Assembly (NCBI GenBank): GCA_963667015.2
Contig: CAXXJJ010000004.1
Coordinates: 2,592,001 to 2,656,000, forward strand
Length of the DNA stretch: 64,000 bases
Direction of reading: 5' to 3'
Origin: Desulfatiglandales bacterium
Lineage (GTDB): Bacteria > Desulfobacterota > DSM-4660 > Desulfatiglandales > HGW-15
Shown here: in pieces, positions 1 through 9,632 of the stretch
Position numbering within the stretch: position 1 is the first letter of the stretch
How the letters are laid out: every line of letters starts with the position of its first letter
Notes under the pieces: generated by a model
Told to the model about the DNA's origin: nothing
Databases searched by the model: none
The model's input: only the letters and a program-made list of their open reading frames with translations
Made by a program: the position numbers and the translations under genes

Positions 1-899
1 TTAAATATAAAACCTGAAAAGGCCTCTTCATAGGGTGAGACCTCCCTTGATACGGCCATCCTGGGATAGGGCGCCGGAGCCATTTCAATAAAGGCATCCA
101 AAAGTTCCCTCACACCAAAGTTGTTTACCGCGCTTCCGAAAAAGACCGGGGTCTGGGAACCTGTGAGGTAATGTTCAAGCTCAAAGGGGTTTGCAGCACC
201 TTCAAGGAGTTCCACGTCTTCCCTGAGCTGATCAGCCTGGCTTCCCAGCAGTTCATCGAGCCTGGGATCATTGATATCATTTATTGTTATACCGTCAGTG
301 AGCCGGGTTACCCCGCCTGCGGTAAACAGGTGCAGTTCCTTTTTATAGAGGTTATAAACACCCCTGAACCTTTTTCCCATTCCAATGGGCCAGGAAAGGG
401 GTGAGCACTCAACCTGGAGTTTATCCTCTATATCGGCCATGATATCCAGGGGGAGCAGGCCGTCACGGTCGAGCTTGTTTATGAATGTCATGATGGGGGT
501 ATTGCGCATGCGGCAGACCTCCATGAGTTTTTCAGTCTGGGGTTCAACACCCTTTGCACTGTCAATGATCATCATGGCGCTGTCAACAGCCGTCAACACC
601 CGGTATGTATCTTCGGAAAAGTCCTGGTGACCGGGGGTATCCAGGAGATTTATCTCAAAATCCCTGTAATTGAACTTCATTGCAGAGGCCGTTACGGAAA
701 TACCCCTCTCCTGTTCAATGGCCATCCAGTCGCTTGTGGCATGCCTTGCCGCCTTTCTGGCCTTTACCGCCCCTGCCTGCTGTATTGCCCCTCCAAATAG
801 GAGGAGTTTTTCGGTTAATGTTGTTTTTCCGGCATCCGGGTGACTGATAATCCCGAAGTTCCTCCGCCGGTCCACCTCTTTTTTGTGCTGCTTGTTCAA
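1..899 (-). CDS. prfC: Peptide chain release factor 3, 5' part (runs off window start)
   Basis: Manual minus-strand translation from TTG at 899: [49 protein letters not shown]...[13 protein letters not shown]...[16 protein letters not shown]. Not in the ORF track because it is open-ended. Confidence 0.95.
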   Translation of the reverse strand, partial: MNKQHKKEVDRRRNFGIISHPDAGKTTLTEKLLLFGGAIQQAGAVKARKAARHATSDWMAIEQERGISVTASAMKFNYRDFEINLLDTPGHQDFSEDTYRVLTAVDSAMMIIDSAKGVEPQTEKLMEVCRMRNTPIMTFINKLDRDGLLPLDIMADIEDKLQVECSPLSWPIGMGKRFRGVYNLYKKELHLFTAGGVTRLTDGITINDINDPRLDELLGSQADQLREDVELLEGAANPFELEHYLTGSQTPVFFGSAVNNFGVRELLDAFIEMAPAPYPRMAVSREVSPYEEAFSGFIF

Positions 900-924
900 A
901 ACAAAATCCTCTTTTAAATTATAT

Positions 925-955
925 AAAAAACCGGACCCGCAGGAGCCCGGTTTTT
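925..955 (-). terminator. Terminator-like hairpin in the prfC leader
   Basis: aaaaaaccggacccgcaggagcccggttttt: GC stem with T/A runs on both sides. Confidence 0.5.
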
Positions 956-966
956 AGAGATGGGCT

Positions 967-994
967 ATTATATTCATAAATATGAAAAGGTCAA
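967..994 (-). promoter_or_regulatory. Putative sigma70 promoter for prfC
   Basis: Minus strand TTGACC-N16-TATAAT. Confidence 0.55.
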
Positions 995-1019
995 TGGGGA
1001 GGAAAAAGATTAAAAAACA

Positions 1020-1062
1020 GGGTCTCTCGTGACCGAAGGGAACGGGCGAGAGAATAAAAAAT
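1020..1062 (+). repeat. Internally deleted copy of an intergenic MITE/REP-like element
   Basis: ggtctctc joined directly to gtgaccgaagggaacgggcgagagaataaaaaa; both ends match the 9481-9624 copy. Confidence 0.75.
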
Positions 1063-1316
1063 TGTCTTAAGTGACGCTAATTGCTGATTTTTTTAGCAAA
1101 TTATCTTGACAGTTTTTCAGTCTCACTTTATTATCACCCTTCACTTTTGCGGGATTGGAACTGCACCTGGCTCTATTCACTTGCTCTTCTATCGATAATC
1201 GGTGCATCGCGCATATAAAATTGAAAACAGGAAGGGTTGGTTTTCGCGCACGGTCGCACCGGAAAATGTCTGTTCACACCATTCATTTCCACCATGAAAA
1301 ACTGACAATATTTTAG

Positions 1317-2072
1317 ATGATTTTATTTCTCGGGGATCTGAACTGCCGCTACTGGCTTGTTAACCACATTATAGGTGTTGCGGAAAAACAGTTTGACGAA
1401 AATGTAACAGCCGTTCTGCAGCTCGGAGACTTCGGATTATTCAAGACACCGCTTAACGCCTGGTTCAACAGAAAAGGCAATAATTCGTTCATAAGGCCTG
1501 TCTACTTTATTGACGGGAACCATGAAGATTTTCTGTTTTTTAAATCCCTCACAAATAACTTCAGCGGCCACTTTACCCATCTTCCCAGGGGTTCTGTACA
1601 CAATTTTAACGGCTTTAATTTTCTCTGCCTGGGAGGTGCCGCATATATGGATCCGGTTAATACACCTTCAGGAGCGGTTATCCGGGAAGCAGACATACAG
1701 GCCTGCATCTCACACCAGCCCGAATCTGTTGATATCATTTTAACCCATGACTGTCCGAAAAATATAGGCGTCCCGGGAAATCCCGGCTTTGAATACTGCG
1801 GCCCGACAGGTTTTTCCCAAAGCAGCCGGCTCAGAGAACACTTTACATCAAAAACATGGCTGTTCGCACATCATCATCGATTTTTTGAATACACCGATGC
1901 CCATGGAAGCTGTTTCGGCCTTCCCGAGGCCCAGAACGGGTTTGCAGTAATGGACAGGAAGAGTCAGATAACCATGGTGGAATATAAAATAGAAAACAAA
2001 GACCTGCCCGATAATATTGAAACCTCGGGCAAGGTTCTTTGTCGGCATCTGGAACATTGTTTAACCTGTTAA
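1317..2072 (+). CDS. Calcineurin-like metallophosphoesterase
   Basis: Motifs GDLN, LGDFG, DGNHE, THD, AHHH. Confidence 0.85.
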   Translation: MILFLGDLNCRYWLVNHIIGVAEKQFDENVTAVLQLGDFGLFKTPLNAWFNRKGNNSFIRPVYFIDGNHEDFLFFKSLTNNFSGHFTHLPRGSVHNFNGFNFLCLGGAAYMDPVNTPSGAVIREADIQACISHQPESVDIILTHDCPKNIGVPGNPGFEYCGPTGFSQSSRLREHFTSKTWLFAHHHRFFEYTDAHGSCFGLPEAQNGFAVMDRKSQITMVEYKIENKDLPDNIETSGKVLCRHLEHCLTC

Positions 2073-2091
2073 CTTTTAACTTGGAGGAGGC

Positions 2092-2805
2092 ATGTCAGAA
2101 AGTCAAACGTATGATTTTAATTTTTTCAAACCCAAATCCGCTTTTGCAGGCGCCAATGCCCGCTTAATCGGAACGATTGTCATAATATGGGCTCTCGCGG
2201 TATTTGGATTTCATTTTCTGCTCAAGGCAATTGAAAAACCTGTACCTGAAAAACAGCTGGCAACATTCGAACAGGTATGGCCGAAGGCAATGGATAAAAC
2301 AGCATCTCCGGAAGAACTCAGGGAGCTGTCACTGATATATCTGAACCTGCTGGGCAGACAGATTACACTCCGCTCGGATCAGAACTTCAAACTCTGTTTT
2401 ACATCAACAGTCTATGATCTTTTACCCGAAGATGAAAAGCCTTCATTTCTGGCCATCACCGGAAAGGACCTTCCCGAATTAAAAACCGCTGCATCTTCCA
2501 TAGCCGCGGGGTTAGGCATTGAAACAGGTGATATACTGAATCAGGTGATTCCCTATGGTCTTGTCTCCTATGACGGTACCCCCGTTGACTCAGAGATACT
2601 TGCTGCTGTTCCGGATATTATGAATAAATATCTGGTCCACAACAGATCAGTCCTCACAGATACCAGCTTCCTGGGATTTCCCTTTCATTATTTTTATACG
2701 GCTGTCTTTCTGCTGATTCTGTTTGTCGTACTGTGCCTGGTCTACTGCAAGATATTCGACAGGATCTCTGTAAAATATGGAATGGAAGATGATGAGGTAA
2801 AATAA
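2092..2805 (+). CDS. DUF4212-like small membrane partner of a sodium:solute symporter, with inserted soluble domain
   Basis: N-terminal TM helix and C-terminal FLGFPFHYF plus TM; overlaps the start of the symporter gene. Confidence 0.7.
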   Translation: MSESQTYDFNFFKPKSAFAGANARLIGTIVIIWALAVFGFHFLLKAIEKPVPEKQLATFEQVWPKAMDKTASPEELRELSLIYLNLLGRQITLRSDQNFKLCFTSTVYDLLPEDEKPSFLAITGKDLPELKTAASSIAAGLGIETGDILNQVIPYGLVSYDGTPVDSEILAAVPDIMNKYLVHNRSVLTDTSFLGFPFHYFYTAVFLLILFVVLCLVYCKIFDRISVKYGMEDDEVK

Positions 2806-4505
2806 TGATATTACTTGATAAAATAAAAGATATTAAATTGTGGGCAATGACTGTTTTACTGTTACTTGCATCAGACGCTGCACTCCATGCAGCAGGCAGT
2901 GCAGTTGAACTAGAAGGCGGATTCAAACTGGGACCCGCCATAATCATGATAGCTATTATTATACTGTTTATCGTTGTTGGACTGACAAACCAGGCAAAGG
3001 ATACAGGCGATTACTGGGCGGCAGGACGCTCAATCAGCAGGGTAGGCTCAGGTATGGCCATTGCGTCAAACTGGATGAGTGCCGCCTCCTTTCTGGGTAT
3101 GGCTGCAATGATGTACGGGGACGGTTATCACGGACTCTCCTATGTTGTCGGGTGGACAGGCGGATATGTTCTTCTCCTGGTACTCATGGCATCACAGATC
3201 AGAAGGTTCGGGAAATACACTGCCCCGGATTTCATCGGTGACAGGTATTATTCTACCGGCCTCAGGGCTACAACAGCCATTATCGGTATCCTGATCTCCT
3301 TCAGCTACTGCGTGGGCCAGTTCGGCGGTATCGGTATAATGTTCCAGTGGATACTTGGCGTTCCCTACATCTGGGCTGTAATCATCGGATCTTCGGTTGT
3401 TCTTCTATATACACTTATCTCCGGCATGCTTGGGGTTACAAAAAACCAGCAGATTCAGTATGTAATCATCATTGTATCATTCCTGATCCCTGCATTTATT
3501 CTGACATGGAAATTTGACTATTTCTGGCTTATTCCTCCAATAGGATACGGCCAGGTGGTTTCAGATATCGTGACAGGTATACCTGCCAGTGAACTTACAA
3601 ACTCATTCGGACACAGCTACACAATCCTTGCGAGTCCTGAGTTCGCAATGCCCTGGGATACTTCAACAGGCATGGACTTTTTCCAGTGGATGGCGGTATG
3701 TTTTTCCTTAATGGTCGGTACCGCAGGTCTTCCCCATGTAATCCAGAAGTTTTATGTTGTGCCCAAAACGAGTGATGCAAGATGGTCCGTTGTATGGGGA
3801 CTCTTCTTTATCTGTATCCTCTACTGGACATCACCGCTGTACGCTGCATTCGGCAAAATCCTGTCTTCACATCCTGAGGTAGGAAAGCTTTCCAAGGATG
3901 CTATTGTTGTCTATACTGCACAGCTGGGAAACATTCATCCCCTGATCGTTGGATTTCTTGCAGCGGGCGCTGTTTCAGCAGCATTCTCGACTGTTTCAGG
4001 GCTGCTGGTCGCAGGGGCCTCCGGATTTTCACATGACCTCTACCACAAGGTACTGAATCCTAATGCATCCAATGAGACCCAGATGAAAATGGCAAGGATC
4101 GCTACAGTAGTTATGGCCGTTGGCGTTGGAATTGTTGCGGCCTTTGAACTTGCATTGATTGCACAGCTTGTTGCTGTTGCCTTTTCACTTGCGGGCTGTA
4201 CACTCTTTCCGCTCTTTTTACTGGGTATCTGGTGGAGCGGCTCAAACAGGGCCGGTGCAATTGCCGGACTGACTGCAGGATGTACTGTTTCAGTAATCGC
4301 TATTTCATATTTTATTGCAGAAAAGATGGGCGTTATGCTTCCATACAGTGACTTTGTGGGATACTATCTCAATCCCTGGTCCTATGCATGGTTTGGCGCA
4401 CCACTGGCAATCATAGTACACATCGTTGTATCGATGATGACGCCTGCACCGCCGCTTGAAATAAAGAAATTTCTTGCAGTGAATGTACATGGCGTAAAGG
4501 AATAA
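2805..4505 (+). CDS. Sodium:solute symporter, ActP-like (probable monocarboxylate uptake)
   Basis: WMSAASFLG, GWTGGY, RRFGKYTAPDFIGDRY, GTAGLPH motifs; many TM helices. Confidence 0.9.
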   Translation: MILLDKIKDIKLWAMTVLLLLASDAALHAAGSAVELEGGFKLGPAIIMIAIIILFIVVGLTNQAKDTGDYWAAGRSISRVGSGMAIASNWMSAASFLGMAAMMYGDGYHGLSYVVGWTGGYVLLLVLMASQIRRFGKYTAPDFIGDRYYSTGLRATTAIIGILISFSYCVGQFGGIGIMFQWILGVPYIWAVIIGSSVVLLYTLISGMLGVTKNQQIQYVIIIVSFLIPAFILTWKFDYFWLIPPIGYGQVVSDIVTGIPASELTNSFGHSYTILASPEFAMPWDTSTGMDFFQWMAVCFSLMVGTAGLPHVIQKFYVVPKTSDARWSVVWGLFFICILYWTSPLYAAFGKILSSHPEVGKLSKDAIVVYTAQLGNIHPLIVGFLAAGAVSAAFSTVSGLLVAGASGFSHDLYHKVLNPNASNETQMKMARIATVVMAVGVGIVAAFELALIAQLVAVAFSLAGCTLFPLFLLGIWWSGSNRAGAIAGLTAGCTVSVIAISYFIAEKMGVMLPYSDFVGYYLNPWSYAWFGAPLAIIVHIVVSMMTPAPPLEIKKFLAVNVHGVKE

Positions 4506-4522
4506 TTAAATTAGTCAAACCG

Positions 4523-4556
4523 GAGGAGTATCTCTTGAGGATGCTCCTCTTTTTTT
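4523..4556 (+). terminator. Rho-independent terminator-like hairpin after the symporter
   Basis: gaggagtatc...gatgctcctc followed by a T run. Confidence 0.6.
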
Positions 4557-4567
4557 AAACAGGCTTT

Positions 4568-5311
4568 ATGACAAAAAAACTTAAAACACTCATAATTCTC
4601 CTGATCCTCATATCGGGCATTATTGTAGCTTCCGGTTATATCTATTACCGGCAGATAAATCTTGCAGAAGATCCAAGGATCATTGATGCGCGTGTAAAGA
4701 TGAAGGAATACAACCGGCTGATGGGAGAAAACGAGACAGACCTGGCCCTCCTGCTGCTTGACCATGTGGAGAGCGTCTATATGGATACCCCGGGCTATTC
4801 GGAATCCTATGAACCTGGAGTAATTAATAATAACAGGGGCTCCATATTCCTCATAAAGGCTGAGAACTATTTCCTGAAAAACAAAAAACCGGACAGGGAA
4901 AACCTCCTGCTGGCAAGACAGAATATTGAAAAAGGCATTGAAATATACAGGGCCTGGATTGATAAAATCACCCCCATGGAAAAAGATCAGGTACGGTCCA
5001 TGATACTTCCTTTTTTCAGTACTGATGACCCGGCCTTTGCCGGACTTAACCTGGATAAAATCATCGAAAAACGGGTGAATGACATAATGGCCTCCAGGAC
5101 TGAAACCATGAGGCGCCTCTCGGTAGGCTACACAAACCTTGGAATCGTCTGCCGGTATGAAGGGAGACTTGAAGAGGCCGGAGATCGATACAAAAAGGCC
5201 ATTGAGCTATGGGAAGACAATTATGTTGCAAAGGACAACTTGAACCGGCTGATGGGCCTTCCTCCTGAAAAGAGAAATATACTGAAACAACTTTTTTTCA
5301 AAAAAAAATAG
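4568..5311 (+). CDS. Membrane-anchored TPR protein
   Basis: N-terminal TM; YTNLGIVCRYEGRLEEAGDRYKKAIEL TPR motif. Confidence 0.75.
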   Translation: MTKKLKTLIILLILISGIIVASGYIYYRQINLAEDPRIIDARVKMKEYNRLMGENETDLALLLLDHVESVYMDTPGYSESYEPGVINNNRGSIFLIKAENYFLKNKKPDRENLLLARQNIEKGIEIYRAWIDKITPMEKDQVRSMILPFFSTDDPAFAGLNLDKIIEKRVNDIMASRTETMRRLSVGYTNLGIVCRYEGRLEEAGDRYKKAIELWEDNYVAKDNLNRLMGLPPEKRNILKQLFFKKK

Positions 5312-5501
5312 GCAGTGTCCGGCCGGAAATGAGATTTCCGGGACAATGTCATGGAACGCAAAGATCGTGACCACCGGAATACATTGAAGCCCGGAATTAC
5401 AATAAGAATAATTGCAAGACAATCTTAATTGTACTATATTCTTTCATTATAGAATAATTAAGTTCCAGTGGCCTGTCAGTGACGCCGGAACCGGGAAGGA
5501 C

Positions 5502-8054
5502 ATGCAGATAAAGAATATATCAGCCAGCCAGAAGCATCTCTTTTTCAAGATCGGTACACCGGTCCTGCTTACCATACTGCTTTTTGTCATATCCTCCTTC
5601 TTTATCATCATCCCGTCCATTGAAAAAAATTACATGGATAATAAACGGGAACTGATTAAGGAGCTTACGCAGACTGCTGTAAGCACCTTTTCACACCTGA
5701 ACTCCCAGGCCTCAGAAGGTGATATCTCCCTTGAAGAGGCAAAACAGCGGGCAATTGCCCATATCCGCAATCTCAGGTACGGAGAAGACAACAAGGATTA
5801 TTTCTGGGTAACGGACATAAAGCCTGAAATGATTGTTCACCCCTACAGGACGGATCTTGAAGGTCAGGACATGTCCGGGTTTACGGACCGTTCAGGACAG
5901 CCGATCTTTGTCAGATTCGTTGATATTGTCAAAAAGAACGGGTCCGGGTACCTGCCCTATACCTGGCAGTTTAAAGACCAGGCCGACACCATCGTCCCGA
6001 AACTTTCCTATGTCCAGTCATTTGAGCCATGGGGCTGGATTGTGGGCACCGGCGTATATATTGAGGATGTGAAGGCCCATATTGCCGCGCTCAAACAGCG
6101 GCTCACACAGATTTCCGTTTCAATCACACTGGTCATATGCATTCTGCTGCTTTATGTTGCACGCCAGAGCATGCGTATTGAGCAGCAGAGAATCGAATAC
6201 GCAGGTGATCTGTCGGCTGCAAAGGAAAAATACAAGGCCCTTGTTCATGCAACGGATGAAGGCATTCTTCTTGTAATGGAGGGTGAGGAACTCTTTACGA
6301 ACAAGGCATTCCAGGTAATATCCGGTTATACATCAGCAGAGGCAGGAGACCTTTTAATAACCGATCTCTTCTACAGCAGTACGGACGGGAAACCGCTCTT
6401 TGTGCACTCCCCGGTTAATGAATCATCCGGCAGCCCCCTTGAGGCAAAACTGCGCCACCGGGACGGGCGAATGCTCGATGTTGTTGTAAGCGTGTCCCCG
6501 GTTGAGGTTGAAAACAGGATCGGAAATATCATAAGTGTTAAAAATATCAGTGCGATCCCCGAAATAACCGATGAGAAAAAGGCTAAAAAGGAGCAGGAAA
6601 ACCTCCTGGCTGAGCTGCAGACAGCCCTGCTGTACCTGAATCAGCCGGTAAGAGACCTGGCAACGAATATCCCGGGATATGAAACAACCACTTCTATCCA
6701 GGCCCTTTCTCGGCTCATGTCCAAACACAGGCATTCCTGCGTCCTGATTCGTGATGATAAAAAGGTCCCTGTAGGCATAGTAACAGACAGTGATATCAGA
6801 AGGAGAGTCGTATCTGAAGGGATAGATCCATCCACACCTGTATCACAGATAATGTCCTTTCCCCTGATCCCCATTGACGGTGATGCCATGATTTATGAGG
6901 CCATAACAAGGATGAAGGAAAATTCCATCAGGCATGTACTGGTCAGGGACAGCCGCGGGGAGATCACAAAATATATCAGTGCAAAAAAACTGATCCTGAA
7001 CCATCAGTATTCCCTGTCATTTTTATCCCAGGAAATAAAAAATGCTGCCTCTCCTGACGAACTGTTTGACCTGAAAGACAGGATACCACGGCTTATTACT
7101 ACCCTGGTTAACTGCGGAGCATACCCGCAGAATATTACCAAGATCATCACCTCCATCAGCGAAGCGATATTGAGTCGCCTCATAAACTTTGCCATTGAAG
7201 CACTGGGACCGCCCCCCGCCAGGTTTGCCTTTATGGTGATGGGCAGTGTCGGCCGGGAGGAACAGACCCTTAAGACCGATCAGGACAATGCCATCATATT
7301 TGAAGATATCGATGATGATCAGCTTAGGGAAAGGGCAAAGGGCTATTTTCTTGAGTTTGGAAACAGGGTTTGCGGCTGGCTGGATCGCACTGGATATGAT
7401 TACTGCCCCGGAGATGTAATGGCAAAAAACCCCAAATGGTGTGTCTCACTGTCTGGCTGGAAAAATTATTTTCAGGACTGGATAGAAAATGCAACACCTC
7501 AGGATCTTCTTGATACAAAGATATTCTTTGATTTCAGGTTTGTCTTTGGTGAAAAATCATTATGTGAAAACCTCAGGGCCCACCTGGATGAACAGCTTGA
7601 AGGTAAATCGGCCTTTATGGCCCACCTGGTTCAGAACTGCCTGTTCTTTAAACCGCCCATAGGCATATTTAAAAAACTTATCGTGGAACCAGCAGGGGAA
7701 CACAGGGAAAAAATAAGCCTTAAAAAGTGTATGACTCCAATTGTTGACATGGCCCGCATTTACAGCCTTAAATACAGGATTCATGCCACCGGTACCCTTG
7801 AAAGGCTTAAAGCCCTTGCCGGGGAGGACATCTTTAATACCAGTGATTATGAAGAAATTACACAGGCCTACAACTACCTGATGCAGACCCGATTCCGGCA
7901 TCAGTCCGAATGTATAAGCAATAACAGCCCCGCGGACAACTACATTGATCCCAAACTCCTGACCCGGACGGACCAGGTCATGCTCAAGGAAGTACTGTCA
8001 TCTGTAGCGGGTTTTCAGACAAGGCTGTCCAATGATTTCAAGACTGCGGGATAG
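5502..8054 (+). CDS. Membrane sensor: single Cache - PAS - CBS pair - DUF294 (GlnD/GlnE-like) nucleotidyltransferase
   Basis: YFWV..MIVHP..KLSYV..PWGWIVGTGVY (sCache_2); GIVTDSDIRRRV (CBS); GSVGREEQTLKTDQDNA and IFFDFR (DUF294). ATG at 5502 has an aagga RBS. Confidence 0.85.
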   Translation: MQIKNISASQKHLFFKIGTPVLLTILLFVISSFFIIIPSIEKNYMDNKRELIKELTQTAVSTFSHLNSQASEGDISLEEAKQRAIAHIRNLRYGEDNKDYFWVTDIKPEMIVHPYRTDLEGQDMSGFTDRSGQPIFVRFVDIVKKNGSGYLPYTWQFKDQADTIVPKLSYVQSFEPWGWIVGTGVYIEDVKAHIAALKQRLTQISVSITLVICILLLYVARQSMRIEQQRIEYAGDLSAAKEKYKALVHATDEGILLVMEGEELFTNKAFQVISGYTSAEAGDLLITDLFYSSTDGKPLFVHSPVNESSGSPLEAKLRHRDGRMLDVVVSVSPVEVENRIGNIISVKNISAIPEITDEKKAKKEQENLLAELQTALLYLNQPVRDLATNIPGYETTTSIQALSRLMSKHRHSCVLIRDDKKVPVGIVTDSDIRRRVVSEGIDPSTPVSQIMSFPLIPIDGDAMIYEAITRMKENSIRHVLVRDSRGEITKYISAKKLILNHQYSLSFLSQEIKNAASPDELFDLKDRIPRLITTLVNCGAYPQNITKIITSISEAILSRLINFAIEALGPPPARFAFMVMGSVGREEQTLKTDQDNAIIFEDIDDDQLRERAKGYFLEFGNRVCGWLDRTGYDYCPGDVMAKNPKWCVSLSGWKNYFQDWIENATPQDLLDTKIFFDFRFVFGEKSLCENLRAHLDEQLEGKSAFMAHLVQNCLFFKPPIGIFKKLIVEPAGEHREKISLKKCMTPIVDMARIYSLKYRIHATGTLERLKALAGEDIFNTSDYEEITQAYNYLMQTRFRHQSECISNNSPADNYIDPKLLTRTDQVMLKEVLSSVAGFQTRLSNDFKTAG

Positions 8055-8145
8055 TATAAATAATAAATCATCTTGACATGGCAACCCTGTGTTGCAGGGC
8101 AATAATACCTTTATTTTTGTAAAATATTTAAAATGGAGAAGAAAA

Positions 8146-9465
8146 ATGAAAAAATTATTTCCGGTCACAACCGTCTTTAAACAGGCGTTTACAGGGCTCA
8201 TCCTTTTCATTCTTATATTACCAGTCTCTCCGGCGGTAATGGCGGACTCTGAAAATGAAATGCTCAAACAGCGGATAGAAAAACTTGAAAAGGAGTTAGG
8301 TGAATTAAAGTCTCTCATGAATAAAAAGGCGGAAAGCGAAGAGAGAGAGGTAAAAACTGCTGCACCGGCTGAAAAATCCACCACCGGATTCAGTTTCAAA
8401 CCCTACGGATACATAAAGCTTGATGCCGCATACAATGACAGCAATGTGACAAACGGCAACTATATAATTTATGTACCGGGTGAAGGCGCGGTAAAAAATG
8501 ATGATGAGTTCAACATGACTGCACGGCAGACCCGCATTGGACTTTCAGTAACAGCCCCGGAGTACAATGGCTGGAAGACAACGGGTAAGGTGGAGATCGA
8601 TTTTTACGGTGACGGGTCTTCTGCCCATGAGACCAAGGCAGAACCAATGATGAGACATGCCTTTATGGAAACAGGAAAGGACGGTCTGAGCTTTATTGCA
8701 GGCCAGACATGGGATGTTATTTCTCCCCTTAACCCCTCTACCCTCAACTACCCTGTTGGGTGGGGAGCAGGCAACATCGGTTACAGGCGTCCCCAGGTAA
8801 GGATGAGCTATAACAGGCCTCTTGATGATTATACCAGCTTTTTGACCCAGATAGCGATTTCCAGGACAACAGGGCTTACAAATGAGGATCTTGACGGCGG
8901 GGGCCAGAATGACGGCGACGATTCCGGATTTCCTACCATACAGGCAAGGGTTGCCTACTCCACAAAGATATTTACGGATAAAAACACGGTAATTGGTTTC
9001 TCGGGTCACTATGGCAGCGAAGAAGCTGACTGGGCCGGAGTTGAGACAGATCACAGCTCCTGGTCCGCAAATATAGACTTTGTAATTCCCCTGCCCGATC
9101 GTTTTACTGTAAGCGGTGAAGTATTTGCCGGTGAAAACCTTGATGACTACTTTGGCGGCGCCATTCAGGGCGTAAATACTGCAACCAGAAATGAGATTTC
9201 AACCATAGGCATGTGGATGCAGCTTAACTTCAGCCTGGATAAGGATCTGCAGTATAATGCCGGTTTCGGATTTGACAATCCTGAAAATGATGATCTCAAT
9301 AACGGCAACCGGGCCAAAAACAGTTTCTATTATATTAATACCATGTACAAGGTATTACCGAACCTTACACTTGGCTTTGAGTATACCTACTGGGAAACGG
9401 CGTATAAAAACGCGGCAAAGGGAACAGCCAACAGGTTCCAGACCTCTGCCATCTATTCGTGGTAA
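8146..9465 (+). CDS. DcaP-like outer-membrane porin
   Basis: Signal peptide, coiled coil, PYGYIKLD, ARQTRIG, GKVEIDFYG, AGQTW, terminal aromatic residue (YSW). Confidence 0.75.
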   Translation: MKKLFPVTTVFKQAFTGLILFILILPVSPAVMADSENEMLKQRIEKLEKELGELKSLMNKKAESEEREVKTAAPAEKSTTGFSFKPYGYIKLDAAYNDSNVTNGNYIIYVPGEGAVKNDDEFNMTARQTRIGLSVTAPEYNGWKTTGKVEIDFYGDGSSAHETKAEPMMRHAFMETGKDGLSFIAGQTWDVISPLNPSTLNYPVGWGAGNIGYRRPQVRMSYNRPLDDYTSFLTQIAISRTTGLTNEDLDGGGQNDGDDSGFPTIQARVAYSTKIFTDKNTVIGFSGHYGSEEADWAGVETDHSSWSANIDFVIPLPDRFTVSGEVFAGENLDDYFGGAIQGVNTATRNEISTIGMWMQLNFSLDKDLQYNAGFGFDNPENDDLNNGNRAKNSFYYINTMYKVLPNLTLGFEYTYWETAYKNAAKGTANRFQTSAIYSW

Positions 9466-9480
9466 AGGCATAATAAAATC

Positions 9481-9624
9481 AGGTCTCTCACAGAGCACGC
9501 AGAGCACGCAGAGCACGCAGAGAAAAACAAAAGCCTAAATCATGATTTTAATAATAAAAAAGCTTTTCTCTGAGGCCTCTGTGGGCTCAAGTGACCGAAG
9601 GGAACGGGCGAGAGAATAAAAAAT
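9481..9624 (+). repeat. Intergenic MITE/REP-like element (full copy)
   Basis: Tandem cagagcacg units, complementary ctctg units, ending gtgaccgaagggaacgggcgagaga; homologous to 45158-45290 (inverted) and 1020-1062. Confidence 0.75.
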
Positions 9625-9632
9625 CTTCCCGC

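Noticed and set aside
171..630. Plus-strand ORFs 171-404 and 385-630
   Set aside because: Antisense shadows of prfC; the same applies to the many short track ORFs overlapping long genes
9490..9522. Tandem cagagcacg repeats as a CRISPR array
   Set aside because: 9-bp units with no spacers and no cas genes; part of the dispersed intergenic element
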